This document shows positions 27,604-37,817 of a stretch of 64,000 nucleotides of DNA, in pieces. The number at the start of each line of letters is the position of its first letter. Position 1 is the stretch's first letter. The translations under genes were made by a program, and so were the position numbers. This stretch comes from Woeseiaceae bacterium (GTDB taxonomy: Bacteria > Pseudomonadota > Gammaproteobacteria > Steroidobacterales > Woeseiaceae), in assembly GCA_035304285.1 (NCBI GenBank), contig DATGQI010000036.1, positions 4,446 through 68,445 of the forward strand, in the 5' to 3' direction. The notes under the pieces are model-generated. The model was not told the DNA's origin, ran no database searches, and saw only the letters and a program-made list of their open reading frames with translations.

Positions 27604-28403
27604 CCAGAACGCCTGCGGCGATGTCTGGCGACGAGCAGCGTTGACCCAAGCAGCACGGCCATTTGCCAGTCGAAGGCGCCACCGCCACTGCGATGGTGAT
27701 GGTGGTGTCGATTTGGGTCGTCGCGGTTGAAGTCCTCGAGCGGCAGGAATCCAAGACCGGAATCGTCTTCCGGCCCGATGTCGGCAACAAAGGCGCCATC
27801 GTAGGTATCGTACAACTCGATCAACAGGTCGTAGCTTCCGGTGGGATAGCCGGTTTCGAGTTCCGTTACCACCACGTACTCATCGTCGCTGGTGGCGCCA
27901 TAAATGCTGAAGGGTTCGGTAACGGCGTATTCATTCCACGGCCCCCCTTCATAGCTCAGGTACAAGACAGCGTAGACATCGGCAACTTCGAAGTACGTGT
28001 CTGCGTCGAACAGAACGTCCAATCCATGGAAGTAGCCATCCTGGTCGTCGTCGTTGAAAAGCTGCACGTCCGCGTAGTAGAACCAGAAGTCGTTCGAGGC
28101 AGATTGGTATCCCTTCGATTCGATCGCCGCGGTGCCGGATGAAGCTTTGCCGCTGGTCGTTGCCGGACCCGGTTTCCGGCGGAGTCCTTCAGTCACCAGG
28201 GGATCGAAGGCATCGCTGGTCCGGGCCTTCAGGGACATTCGCTCGCGCCCGCCCTTGTCAAAGTAGAGGGTCGTGGATTCCCGCTCCTCGGCTTGCTCAG
28301 GCTGCTGGTCGCCAGCCGCAGAAGTCTGTCCGATGCCAAGCCCGAGAAACGCGGCAATGACAGCGCGCCCGATCCATTCTCTCGTGGTTGTAAACGTGAA
28401 CAT
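27597..28403 (-). CDS. secreted acidic protein with GlyGly-CTERM-type sorting signal (choice-of-anchor-like)
   Basis: Start at the internal Met, preceded by AAGAGGA. Signal peptide present. The Asp/Tyr-rich body ends in HHHHHRSGGGAFDWQMAVLLGSTLLVARHRRRR (Gly-Gly-Gly, then a TM helix, then an Arg cluster). Confidence 0.6.
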   Translation of the reverse strand: MFTFTTTREWIGRAVIAAFLGLGIGQTSAAGDQQPEQAEERESTTLYFDKGGRERMSLKARTSDAFDPLVTEGLRRKPGPATTSGKASSGTAAIESKGYQSASNDFWFYYADVQLFNDDDQDGYFHGLDVLFDADTYFEVADVYAVLYLSYEGGPWNEYAVTEPFSIYGATSDDEYVVVTELETGYPTGSYDLLIELYDTYDGAFVADIGPEDDSGLGFLPLEDFNRDDPNRHHHHHRSGGGAFDWQMAVLLGSTLLVARHRRRRSGS

Positions 28404-28536
28404 GACGAAGTCCTCTTTGCCGCACATCCGGTGCTTGTACGCATTAAAGGACAGTAACGATGAATCGAGGCTGAACCCGCGGGCGCGTTTCATGAACGGA
28501 TAATGAACGAGCCCACATGCCGCCTGGCCCTCGGCT

Positions 28537-29487
28537 TTACGAGGCCTCGCGCATGCCCGCGAGGTCTGCTTCCGCGGCGATGAAGCCGAAGGAGTCCCAC
28601 CCATCGGTGCTGGTGATCTCCTGCAGGCGTCTCCGCGCCTCCGCCCGGTCGCCACTGTAAAAAAACCAGTTCGCGATGCCGTAAGCCGCGGCTGCACCGG
28701 TCGGATTGCCTGTGTCGTCGGATGCCAGGGCAGCCAGCGACAGCTCCCCCTTGTAGAAGAGACAAAGACGGTGATAGACGGTGTTCTCGATGACGTTCAT
28801 GTCAGCGGTAATATCGTCAAGCGTCTGCTCAGCTTCCGCGGGCTTGCCCATGCGACGCAGGATCATGTAACGCCAGTGCGTTGTCGACACGCGGTTGTCG
28901 TCATTTCCACCCGTGTCGTAGGCTGCCTGAAACGCCCGGTAAGCGTTAGGCCAATCGTGCTTCAGGTAGTACGCGAGCCCCAGGTGATACCAGATGTTTC
29001 CGTGGAGTGTGCTCACCGGGATATTCAGCGCATTTGGCATACCGTCCGGCTCGATCGTGTTCTCCTCGTTTTGGATCAGGTCCGCCGCAAATTCGAGATC
29101 TTCGATTGCGCGCCGGAACTCTCGCACCGAGATGAGCCGATGACCGCGATGCCGGTACATGCGTGCGTCGCGCGGATGCTTTTCCATGCCCTCCGAAAAG
29201 ATGCGGATTGCGCTGCGGTAATCCCCGGTATACGCCATGCGCCGGCCGTACCAGATGATGCTGTCCGCATCCCCCGGGTGCTGCTCGTAGGCGGCTCTTG
29301 CCGCGTCGAGTTTCTCGAGAGCAGCATTATCCGGCTGTCCCGAAACAAGCGCTTCTCCAAAGAGCGTATAGCCTTGCACCCCCTTCGGCAGCTCCGGCGC
29401 GCCGTCACCGGGAGAAGCCGCAGCGACGGATGCCGTGGAAGCCAGGAAGGTCCAGACCGCAATGGCGATGATCAACCTCGATATCAT
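28537..29487 (-). CDS. secreted TPR-like helical repeat protein
   Basis: 316 aa. Signal peptide MISRLIIAIAVWTFLASTASVAA. Repeated helical hairpins (YRSAIRIFSEGMEKHP; WPNAYRAFQAAYD). ATGA overlap with the upstream peptidase gene. Confidence 0.5.
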   Translation of the reverse strand: MISRLIIAIAVWTFLASTASVAAASPGDGAPELPKGVQGYTLFGEALVSGQPDNAALEKLDAARAAYEQHPGDADSIIWYGRRMAYTGDYRSAIRIFSEGMEKHPRDARMYRHRGHRLISVREFRRAIEDLEFAADLIQNEENTIEPDGMPNALNIPVSTLHGNIWYHLGLAYYLKHDWPNAYRAFQAAYDTGGNDDNRVSTTHWRYMILRRMGKPAEAEQTLDDITADMNVIENTVYHRLCLFYKGELSLAALASDDTGNPTGAAAAYGIANWFFYSGDRAEARRRLQEITSTDGWDSFGFIAAEADLAGMREAS

Positions 29488-31727
29488 TCGAGACCCATCG
29501 CCGCGATCGTCTCGATACGGTCAGCAATGTCATTCAGCACCTCCGCCACCAGCGCAATCTGCGGCCCGACCGCCTCGTAGTCTCGCTGTTCGATCGCCTC
29601 GCGCACCCCCGGGATGGTCTTGACGCCGTAGCCCGTGTAAAAGCCCGGGGCGTAAATGTGGTGCTTGTACCAGGGGCGTCCCATAAGCCCCTCTTCCCGC
29701 GTCAGCAAGCGTTCGCTCGTGTACAGGAGCTCGTTAATTTCGCTGGAGCGAACCGTGCTGCCACTCATCACCTCCTCATACTCCGCGGCCGCCTCCTGCA
29801 GGCGCGTCAGCGCATTCTGCAAAGGCGCGAAGTTGAAGTGGGGCACCGGTTGCTCATGTGCCGGAGGGCCGAGCGTCATCGTCGGATCCAGTGCGGCATC
29901 GTACGCACCGTTCTCCAGCAGCCTGTTGTTCAGTGCCGTCTCCTCCCGCATCGAATCCGCAAGCTCCTCGAGCTGCGTTACATACAATGCGACATTATCG
30001 GCAAAGCCGGTGAACTCGAACGGCAGACGCGGTGCATTCGCCAGCCGCAGCGTCGCCCGCCCGCCAACCTTCGACAGCGCGACGCCATAGACGAGACCGG
30101 GGTCGCGCCACGTCGTGTAGTGTTCGTAGGTGTCGTAGAGCGTGTGGTAGCTGCCGCCCCCGCCCTCACCGCCGAAGCCCAGGTTTGCAGAGGCTACACC
30201 CAGGTGTTGCAGGAACGGTGTGTAGTCGGATCCGGAACCCATGGGGTAGATCCTCAGGTCTTCGCGTTTCTCGGCCTCATCCCTGGCTTTGCCATCGGAC
30301 GCGTTTACAACCAGCTGCTTCCTCCGGCGCTCCTTGAGCGTCAGGCCGGTCTGCGGGTCTATAACGTCGTCCGCAACCTGGTTCAGAAATCGCTCCAGTA
30401 CATGGCTGCCGCCGATACTGACGAAGCCCCGGCTGTTGCTATCGGTGTTGAGGTAAGCCACGGCGTGTTCGCGGAGTTCGTCCGCATGGTGTTCGGCCCA
30501 TTCAGTCGAGCCGATCAGCCCCGGTTCCTCCGCATCCCAGGCTGCGTACACGATGGTTCGTGCGGGCGGAATCCCGTCCTCTGCCAGCGCTGCGACCGCC
30601 TTCGCCTCCGACAGCATCGCGACCAGTCCTGAAACGGGATCGGCGGCGCCGTGATTCCATCCATCATGATGGTTGCCGCGGATGATCCACTCATCCGGCC
30701 ACTTTGCGCCGTCCAGCCGCGCTATCACGTTGTACGCGGTGACGCGGTTCCAGTTGAAAGAGACTTTAAGACGCACCCTCGCCGGTCCCGGACCGAGGTG
30801 ATAAGTGATCGGCAAAGCGCCGCGCCATTCCGCCGGCACAACTGCGCCGTCCAGCGCCGCAAGCAGCGGCAACGCATCGCGCTGCGAAATCGGCAGAACC
30901 GGGATCTTCGTGATGGTCGGCGAGTTCGCAACCGTCAACCGTTTCGCCGACTTCGTCGCGCCGATACCAGGAGTGAGGACATCGCCGGGATAGGTCGGCA
31001 TGTCCATGACCGATCCCCGTTGCACAGCGCTTTCGTGCTTGAAAGGCCCCTTTGGATAGGCATCGCCTTGCGCATAACCATCGTCGGCAGGGTCGGAATA
31101 GATGATGGTGCCGATCGCGCCTTTTTCTCCGGCAAGCTTCGGCTTGATGCCGCGCCATGACCTGCCGTACTTCGCAATCGCGATCTTGCCGCGCACGTCG
31201 ATCCCGTGCCGCTCGAGCAACTCGTAATCGCCGGGGATGCCATAGTTGACGAAGACTAGTTCTCCCTCCACTTCGCCGTCGGTGGAGAACGCGTTGTACG
31301 GCGGCAATAGCTCGTCCCGTACCGAGGTGGACGGATCCTCTGGTAAGGCGTCCTCTTCAAGCAAAGCCGTGTACGTATGCGGCGCGACTAATTCAAGCTC
31401 GCGAGTAGCAGGCGTCGGCAGGAGGATCTCATATTCCTCGATCTCGACGTCATAGCCCCAGGACTCGAACAGGTCGGCAATGTAACGGGCGTTCTCACGG
31501 CCCGCGCGTGAGCCGACATGATGAGGCTTAGCCGACAGGTGCCGCAGCCATTCATCCTGGTCGGCTGCACTTATGTCTTCGTCGAAAGCCTTCTCGAGTT
31601 CGCGCTGCGCTCCTGTCGTCTCCTCGTCGAACCCCGCCAGGTGAGTGCCACTCTCGCCCTCTGCGTTATTCGCAGCGGCAAATGCAAAAGCGGCCGGCAT
31701 GAGAAGCGCGCCAAGTAATACCTTCAT
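29484..31727 (-). CDS. M28-family peptidase, glutamate carboxypeptidase II-like (PA domain plus TfR-like dimerisation domain)
   Basis: 747 aa with a signal peptide. Motifs RGNHHDGW, WDAEEPGLIGSTEWAEHH and YHTLYDT are typical of the GCPII/NAALADase-type M28 subfamily. Confidence 0.8.
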   Translation of the reverse strand: MKVLLGALLMPAAFAFAAANNAEGESGTHLAGFDEETTGAQRELEKAFDEDISAADQDEWLRHLSAKPHHVGSRAGRENARYIADLFESWGYDVEIEEYEILLPTPATRELELVAPHTYTALLEEDALPEDPSTSVRDELLPPYNAFSTDGEVEGELVFVNYGIPGDYELLERHGIDVRGKIAIAKYGRSWRGIKPKLAGEKGAIGTIIYSDPADDGYAQGDAYPKGPFKHESAVQRGSVMDMPTYPGDVLTPGIGATKSAKRLTVANSPTITKIPVLPISQRDALPLLAALDGAVVPAEWRGALPITYHLGPGPARVRLKVSFNWNRVTAYNVIARLDGAKWPDEWIIRGNHHDGWNHGAADPVSGLVAMLSEAKAVAALAEDGIPPARTIVYAAWDAEEPGLIGSTEWAEHHADELREHAVAYLNTDSNSRGFVSIGGSHVLERFLNQVADDVIDPQTGLTLKERRRKQLVVNASDGKARDEAEKREDLRIYPMGSGSDYTPFLQHLGVASANLGFGGEGGGGSYHTLYDTYEHYTTWRDPGLVYGVALSKVGGRATLRLANAPRLPFEFTGFADNVALYVTQLEELADSMREETALNNRLLENGAYDAALDPTMTLGPPAHEQPVPHFNFAPLQNALTRLQEAAAEYEEVMSGSTVRSSEINELLYTSERLLTREEGLMGRPWYKHHIYAPGFYTGYGVKTIPGVREAIEQRDYEAVGPQIALVAEVLNDIADRIETIAAMGLE

Positions 31728-31745
31728 GAAACTCCTTGGATCCTA

Positions 31746-32558
31746 TTATTCGGCTACGATGCGAGCACGGAACTCCCGCAGTCTTTCCTTTACCGTCGCA
31801 CGGTGTTCGTCGCCCATGCGAAGCAGGAGTTTTTGTCCGGGTGAGAGCTCTTCCAGCTCCGGGTCCGCAAACTCGTAGAGTACGTGCGGCCGCGTAAGGA
31901 TCAACTCCCCTCCCGGCTCCGGAGTTGCCAGCAGGTGGTCGATAACTTCGATCACCCGGTCGTTGAAGTAACCATCCGGATAACCCAGACCGATGTAGGC
32001 CTTCTGGAACAGCGGGAAGAACCGACGGTAAAGTTCTTCCACTTCCGCAACATCGGCGTTCTCGACCATGCCGACAATCGCGTCGTATCGCTCGTAATTT
32101 TCCGGAGCGATGACGTACTCCCCTTCTTCTTCAGTTTCGTTCACTGCCAGCTGGCCGCCGATACCGCTCATGGGCTTTATTCGTTCCGCGATTTGCTCCC
32201 GCGGCAGGTTGTCGATGGTGGCGACGACACGTTCAACCAGGTTTTGCTCGATCAGCCGCTCCGAGAGCGCCGGGCCGAACAACTCCGAAAGTTCGAGGCT
32301 GAAGTACTCGTCGCTTTCTTCCAGGGGAGGCAGTGGCCGCAGCTCCGGCTGCCCGGCCGCTTCCTCTCCTGTCGTCTCGAGTGGGTGATCGGGCGCAACG
32401 GGCGGCGCCTCTTCCACCGTCTCCGGAGGATCTGTCCGGACGTCTGGCTCTATGTCGCTCGCAGTACGGTCGCTTTGCCACCAGTAAAATGCCAGCGCCG
32501 CCGCCAGCGCAATGGCCAGCAGAACGGGAATAAGCCACTGAAGTACGTCTTTGCGCAT
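31746..32558 (-). CDS. membrane-anchored hypothetical protein (DUF3014-like)
   Basis: 270 aa with an N-terminal TM helix (WLIPVLLAIALAAALAFYWW). The family name is recalled from the overall layout and is not verified. Confidence 0.5.
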   Translation of the reverse strand: MRKDVLQWLIPVLLAIALAAALAFYWWQSDRTASDIEPDVRTDPPETVEEAPPVAPDHPLETTGEEAAGQPELRPLPPLEESDEYFSLELSELFGPALSERLIEQNLVERVVATIDNLPREQIAERIKPMSGIGGQLAVNETEEEGEYVIAPENYERYDAIVGMVENADVAEVEELYRRFFPLFQKAYIGLGYPDGYFNDRVIEVIDHLLATPEPGGELILTRPHVLYEFADPELEELSPGQKLLLRMGDEHRATVKERLREFRARIVAE

Positions 32559-32703
32559 CGCGAAGTACTCTTGAAGTCACCGCCTCCGGGCAGCGCCGAA
32601 TGCCGCACCCCTAATCGTCATAGCGTTCGATTGGGCAGCAAACATCCTAACAGGTTTATCATTTGGAAAAGAACGAGCTTCGACTGCTATCCTGTCTGAC
32701 CTC

Positions 32704-34068
32704 ATGCACCGGAGTTCCAAAATGGGCGTTCGCATGCTCGGCAAGGCCACCTGTATTGCGGCCGCGCTGGCAGTAGCTGGTTGCGGGGAAGAGCAGCGTA
32801 TGGAGTCCGCTCCTGATCTCGATGACCTGGCGCGGAAGTATGTTGTTCTCGAACTGACGATGGGTCTCCATGACGACAATCACGTCGATGCCTACTTCGG
32901 CCCGGAAGAGTTGAGGCAGATCGCGCAGGAGTCACCTCTCACGTTGACCGAGATCGCCGATGAGGCCGGAGCACTCGCGGAACAGGTTGCGAAGTGGCCC
33001 GGCAACCGCAGCGACAGGATGCAACTCGGGCGGATTGATGGACTGCAACGACGGCTGCGCGCGCTCTCAGCGAGAGTTGCGATCAACCAGGGCCAAACCT
33101 TCTCTTTCGATGAAGAATCCCGGCTGCTCTTCGGCGTGACGGCGCCGGATTATGACGCGGCGCACTTCGAGGACATACTGCAGCGCATCGACGAACTTCT
33201 GCCCGGCGCCGGAAGCCTTTCAGCGAGAGTCAACGATTTCCAGAACCGGTTCGTTATTCCGCCGGACAAGCTCGCTGCCGTCTTCGATGCCGCTATCGCA
33301 GAGTGCCGGCGCCGAACGCTCGAAAAAATAGATCTCCCCGAGGAAGAGTCCTTCAGCCTCGAGTATGTCACCGAAAAACCATGGTCAGGCTACAACTGGT
33401 ACCAGGGCCGGTCGCAGAGCCTCATCCAGATAAATACCGACCTGCCGATTTTCATCAGTCGGGCGGTCGATCTCGGTTGCCACGAAGGGTATCCGGGCCA
33501 CCATACGTTCAACGTACTGCTGGAGAAAAACCTGGTCCAGCGGGAAGGATGGGTTGAATTCACGCTGTACCCGCTGTTCAGCCCGCAGTCGCTGATCGCC
33601 GAGGGCAGCGCCAACTACGGCGTGGAACTGGCTTTCCCGGGAAACGAGCGCGTGGAGTTCGAAAAACTGGAGCTGTTCCCGCTGGCGGGACTCGACCCCG
33701 CCGAGGCCGACCGGTATTACGCCTTGCAGGAATTGCTGGACCGGCTGAGTTATGCGGGGAACGAAGCGGCGAGAGACTATCTTGACGGCGACATCGACCG
33801 GGAACAGGCGGCCAGGTGGCTCGAGGAATATGCACTAGCGTCACCGGAGCGAGCGCGCCAAAGGGTGGATTTCTTCGACACCTACCGCAGTTACGTAATC
33901 AACTACAACCTGGGCCAGGACCTCGTGCGTGGGTACGTGGAGCGCGGGATCGGGCCGGAGGGCGAGCAACAGGGGGCGCTGGAGGAGCGGCGCTGGAAGC
34001 GGTTCACGGAAATGCTGTCGACCCCGACATTGCCCTCAGACCTGGCGGAGACAACGGACGCCCGTTGA
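32704..34068 (+). CDS. lipoprotein, DUF885-like putative metallopeptidase
   Basis: Lipobox AAALAVAGC. Motif HEGYPGHH is typical of DUF885. The start could instead be Met 32722 or Met 32734. Confidence 0.6.
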   Translation: MHRSSKMGVRMLGKATCIAAALAVAGCGEEQRMESAPDLDDLARKYVVLELTMGLHDDNHVDAYFGPEELRQIAQESPLTLTEIADEAGALAEQVAKWPGNRSDRMQLGRIDGLQRRLRALSARVAINQGQTFSFDEESRLLFGVTAPDYDAAHFEDILQRIDELLPGAGSLSARVNDFQNRFVIPPDKLAAVFDAAIAECRRRTLEKIDLPEEESFSLEYVTEKPWSGYNWYQGRSQSLIQINTDLPIFISRAVDLGCHEGYPGHHTFNVLLEKNLVQREGWVEFTLYPLFSPQSLIAEGSANYGVELAFPGNERVEFEKLELFPLAGLDPAEADRYYALQELLDRLSYAGNEAARDYLDGDIDREQAARWLEEYALASPERARQRVDFFDTYRSYVINYNLGQDLVRGYVERGIGPEGEQQGALEERRWKRFTEMLSTPTLPSDLAETTDAR

Positions 34069-34100
34069 GGAATCTATGCATCGACGCAGGTAGAAAGATG

Positions 34101-34125
34101 TCGCCCGCAGTGCGGGCTCCTACAG
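34101..34125. repeat. REP-like palindrome, family B (TCGCCCGCagtGCGGGCTCCTACAG)
   Basis: Located between convergent genes. Matches the 27579 and 59953 copies. Confidence 0.5.
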
Positions 34126-34174
34126 CGGTCGATTCCAAAGCCGCTGTCAATCGTTCGGACAGGAGGCTGTAGTG

Positions 34175-34191
34175 GCCCGTCTTCGGGCGAC
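34175..34191. repeat. REP-like palindrome, family A variant (GCCCGTCTTCGGGCGAC)
   Basis: Differs from the two copies at 4878 and 4990 only in the loop. Confidence 0.5.
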
Positions 34192-34208
34192 CCGCAATCC
34201 TGGCAACA

Positions 34209-35429
34209 TCAGGGCGCGGAAGTTACCTCCTCCGCAACCGCTTCACCGGTCGCGCAAGCGAGGGTGAAGCCCAGCATTCCATGTCCTGTATTGAGGAACA
34301 GGCCGCCGATCGCCGTCCGGCCGACCCGCGGCCGCCCGTCCGGCGTCATCGGGCGCACGCCGCCCCATCGCTGCATGTCGCCTGCATCGTAATCGGCAGC
34401 AAGCGGCGCAACCCGTCGCGCAATCTCCACCAGGCTATCCAGCCTGGCATCGTCGTGCCGCGTCTCATGGCCTACAAAGTCGGCAAAGCCGGCGATGCGT
34501 ATAACCGGACCGAGCTTGCTCAACACAATGCGGTGCTTCAGGTCGGAAATGCTCGCCGATGGCGCATGCGGTCCCGGAGGCAACGTAATACTGTAGCCGC
34601 GCACCGGGCAGATAGCGGGATCGATCCTGTGTGGCTCAAGCAGCTTGGTGCTGCCGGTACCGAGGCAAACGACAACTGAGTCCGCGGTGTAATCGCCCCG
34701 GTCGGTGACGACCCCCCGAACGCGGTTGTCTTCCACAACCAGTCTTGCCACTGTTTCGCGCAGGCGAAACTGAACCGGTATTTCGCGCTGCAGCCAGTCG
34801 GCAAGCCCTTCAGTAAATTTCCTCGCGTCGGCAACATGGTCGTCGCGAGAGTACGTCGCAGCGATGAAATCACCGCGCATCTCGGCAAGCGCAGGCTCAA
34901 GCTCCAGCGCTTCGCTTCGCGTGACCACCTCTGTGACGCAGCCGTACTCCCGCTTCAGCAAGACGGATTTCCGCGCGCGAGCCACCTCGTCGGGAAGAGA
35001 CAACAGGACCAGTTTACCGGCACGCGCGAAGTCGAACTCGAGCGGCACGGCCTGCATCAAGCGCTCCATCAAGGCAGCAGAACGCATGGCGACCTCGAGC
35101 ACCGCAAACGTATTGTCGCGCGCCCGCACCTTCGTGCACTGGCGCAGAAACTGCCTCCCCCACCGCAGGAAGGCCGCGTCCGGCTTTAGCCGGACGAGAC
35201 TACCGGCATCCTTTCCTGCCAGCAGGGCCGGCATCTTGCGCAGGAATTCCGGGCGCGCAACGGCGTCAGTAAAGCTGTAGGACAACTGGCCGGCATTCGC
35301 GCGGCTCGTGCCGGATGCGACGCTATCGCTGGCTTCCACCACGGTGACGTCATGGCCCTTCTGCGTCAGGTACCACGCTGTCACAACGCCGGTCACCCCG
35401 GCGCCGAGCACGAGTACACGCTTTTTCAC
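34209..35429 (-). CDS. FAD-dependent oxidoreductase, D-amino-acid dehydrogenase (DadA)-like
   Basis: Rossmann start VKKRVLVLGAGVTGVVTAWYL, giving a GTG start at 35429. No strong SD, and an alternative GTG exists at 35477. DAO-family body to the C-terminus. Confidence 0.7.
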   Translation of the reverse strand: MKKRVLVLGAGVTGVVTAWYLTQKGHDVTVVEASDSVASGTSRANAGQLSYSFTDAVARPEFLRKMPALLAGKDAGSLVRLKPDAAFLRWGRQFLRQCTKVRARDNTFAVLEVAMRSAALMERLMQAVPLEFDFARAGKLVLLSLPDEVARARKSVLLKREYGCVTEVVTRSEALELEPALAEMRGDFIAATYSRDDHVADARKFTEGLADWLQREIPVQFRLRETVARLVVEDNRVRGVVTDRGDYTADSVVVCLGTGSTKLLEPHRIDPAICPVRGYSITLPPGPHAPSASISDLKHRIVLSKLGPVIRIAGFADFVGHETRHDDARLDSLVEIARRVAPLAADYDAGDMQRWGGVRPMTPDGRPRVGRTAIGGLFLNTGHGMLGFTLACATGEAVAEEVTSAP

Positions 35430-35792
35430 GTTGCGGCCGAAATGTGCGGGTACAGCGAATGAATGAGGGATCGGCACGGAAACATCGGCTACTCCGGCTG
35501 ACGCGCGCCAGCGCTTCTTGCAATGTGGTGAAACAGTTTTACTGCCATGGGGCCTCAGGTATTCTTCCGCCCTGCACTTTCGAGATCGAATAATGACAAG
35601 TTCGCCGTTCACTGTCGAAGAACAGGTCAAAGCGCTTGTCCGATAACGACATGACTCGAAAGAGGGGGCCAAAAAGATGTGCTGTCCTGGTCATATCGTG
35701 AAACGCACCCCGCGCCGGAGTCGGCGTTGGGCGCGAAACAATCCCTCGCATTCGCGCTCAGCCGGACAAAAACGAAATCCATCGGAGATGAC

Positions 35793-37817
35793 ATGAAGCA
35801 CCGAACGAAGTATGGACTTTCAGCGCCGGAAAGGTTTCGGCACGCTCGCCTGGCGGCATTGTCGGCCGGACTGGTCGCTGCTGCGGGACTGCAGGCGGCC
35901 GTTGCGGCTCCCGGAACCGAGAACGGCCAATGGCACTATCTCGGCGGCGATTCGGCTCACACACGTTATTCACCGGCCGACCAGATCGACAAGGGGAGCT
36001 TCGGTGAGCTGGAGGAAGCCTGGATCTGGGACGGCGCGAGCTTCAATGCGCAGAGCGGCCGCTCCACCCCGAGCTATATCAATGGCAGGTTGTATACGGT
36101 GGCGGGACCCCGCCGCCATGTCGTCGCCATCGATCCGGAAACAGGTGAGACGCTTTGGTCGTATCGCGAGCCCAACACCGCGCGCTGGGAATACTCCATG
36201 CGCCAGGACTATGGCAAAGGCGTGGCCTACGCGGAAGTCGACGGGCGCGACGTCATCTACATTATCTCGCCGGCATTCTTTCTTACCGCGCTGGACGCGG
36301 AGACCGGGCGTCCGCTCGCGGGCTTTGGCAAGCGCGTGCCGATCGAAGGCTTTCCGGAGACAGGCGTAGTCGACCTGCTGGCCGACCTCGGGCATGACTA
36401 CGACCCTTACGAGGGCATTTCGCTGGAGAAGGGCTACATAACGTCGTCGTCGCCGCCGATCGTCGTGAACGGTGTGGTCGTCGTCGGCAACTCGGCGGAA
36501 CAGGGCTACAACCAGTCGAGAATCGAAAACATCCCGGGAGACATCCTGGGCTACGACGCCAAGACCGGCGAATTCCTGTGGAAGTTCAACGTCCTCCCGA
36601 AGCCTGGCGAGTTTGGCCACGAAACCTGGGAAAACGACGCGTGGAAATGGACCGGTGACATTTCTTCGTGGGCGCCGCTGTCGGCAGACCAGGAGCGCGG
36701 CATCGTCTATATCCCGACGAACGGCGCGACCCTGGATTTCTACGGCGGTTTCCGTCCCGGCGACAACCTGTTCAGCACCAGCCTCATCGCGCTGGACGTG
36801 AAGACCGGCAAGCGCGTGTGGCATTTCCAGCTTGTGCATCATGACATCTGGAACTACGACACGCCGACGGCACCGGTTCTCCTGGACGTCAACATGGATG
36901 GCAAGGAAGTCCCGATTGTCGTGCAGGTCACCAAACAGTCATTCGCCTACACGTTCAACCGCGTGACCGGCGAACCGATCTGGCCGATCGAGGAACGGCC
37001 GGTGCCGGCATCGAAGATGCCAGGCGAGAAGCTGTCGAAGACACAGCCCTTCCCGACAAAACCGGCGCCTTACGATATCCAGGGCCTGACCCACGACGAC
37101 CTGATCGATTTCACGCCGGAACTGCGCCAGGCGGCGATAGACATCATCTCCGATTACGCCATAGGTCCGCTGTTCAACCCCCCGCTTCATCGTGACAACG
37201 ATGAAGGATTGAAAGGCGCGCTATGGTGCCCGGGCGACATAGGCGGCGTGAACATCGACGGCCCGCCGGTTGCGGACCCCGAAAGCGGCATTCTCTACGT
37301 CACGTCCCGCAAGCACTGCTCGACGCGCGTGATGGCGCCCGGTGCAGAGCGCGACGCGCGCATAGAAAAACCGACCGGCACGACCATCGCCGACTACGCG
37401 GTGCTGACCGGCTTCGGCGTCAGGGGACCGGACGACCTCAACCTGTTCAAGCCTCCCTACAGCCGGATTACCGCGATCGACATGAACACGGGCGAGCATC
37501 TCTGGTACATCCCTGTCGGCGAAACTCCCGAAACAGTGCTCAACCATCCGAAGCTCGAGGGGATGGACATTCCCAATACGGGCACCGGAAGGGCAGCGCC
37601 CATGGTCGTGACGAAGTCCCTGCTGATTTACGCAGCCGACGCCAGTGACGGCACGCCGCACCTGTTTGCAGTCGACAAGGCGAGCGGCCGGCAGGTAGGG
37701 AAAATCGAGGTCCCCGACCGAAGCTCGTACGGCATGATGACTTACGTTCACGACGGGAAGCAGTACATCGTACTGCAGACGGGAAGCAAGCTGACCACCC
37801 TCGCGCTGGCGGAGTGA
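35793..37817 (+). CDS. PQQ-dependent dehydrogenase (soluble quinoprotein, 8-bladed propeller)
   Basis: ATG at 35793 is preceded by GGAGA. Signal peptide present. Quinoprotein repeats (W..YGGD...RYSP; ALD..TG...W). Confidence 0.8.
   Translation: MKHRTKYGLSAPERFRHARLAALSAGLVAAAGLQAAVAAPGTENGQWHYLGGDSAHTRYSPADQIDKGSFGELEEAWIWDGASFNAQSGRSTPSYINGRLYTVAGPRRHVVAIDPETGETLWSYREPNTARWEYSMRQDYGKGVAYAEVDGRDVIYIISPAFFLTALDAETGRPLAGFGKRVPIEGFPETGVVDLLADLGHDYDPYEGISLEKGYITSSSPPIVVNGVVVVGNSAEQGYNQSRIENIPGDILGYDAKTGEFLWKFNVLPKPGEFGHETWENDAWKWTGDISSWAPLSADQERGIVYIPTNGATLDFYGGFRPGDNLFSTSLIALDVKTGKRVWHFQLVHHDIWNYDTPTAPVLLDVNMDGKEVPIVVQVTKQSFAYTFNRVTGEPIWPIEERPVPASKMPGEKLSKTQPFPTKPAPYDIQGLTHDDLIDFTPELRQAAIDIISDYAIGPLFNPPLHRDNDEGLKGALWCPGDIGGVNIDGPPVADPESGILYVTSRKHCSTRVMAPGAERDARIEKPTGTTIADYAVLTGFGVRGPDDLNLFKPPYSRITAIDMNTGEHLWYIPVGETPETVLNHPKLEGMDIPNTGTGRAAPMVVTKSLLIYAADASDGTPHLFAVDKASGRQVGKIEVPDRSSYGMMTYVHDGKQYIVLQTGSKLTTLALAE

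Noticed and set aside
27693-27707. Run of five His codons (caccaccatcaccat on the minus strand) resembling an engineered tag
   Set aside because: It is internal, lies upstream of a native sorting signal, uses mixed CAC/CAT codons, and has no vector-like flanks. I interpret it as a natural His run.
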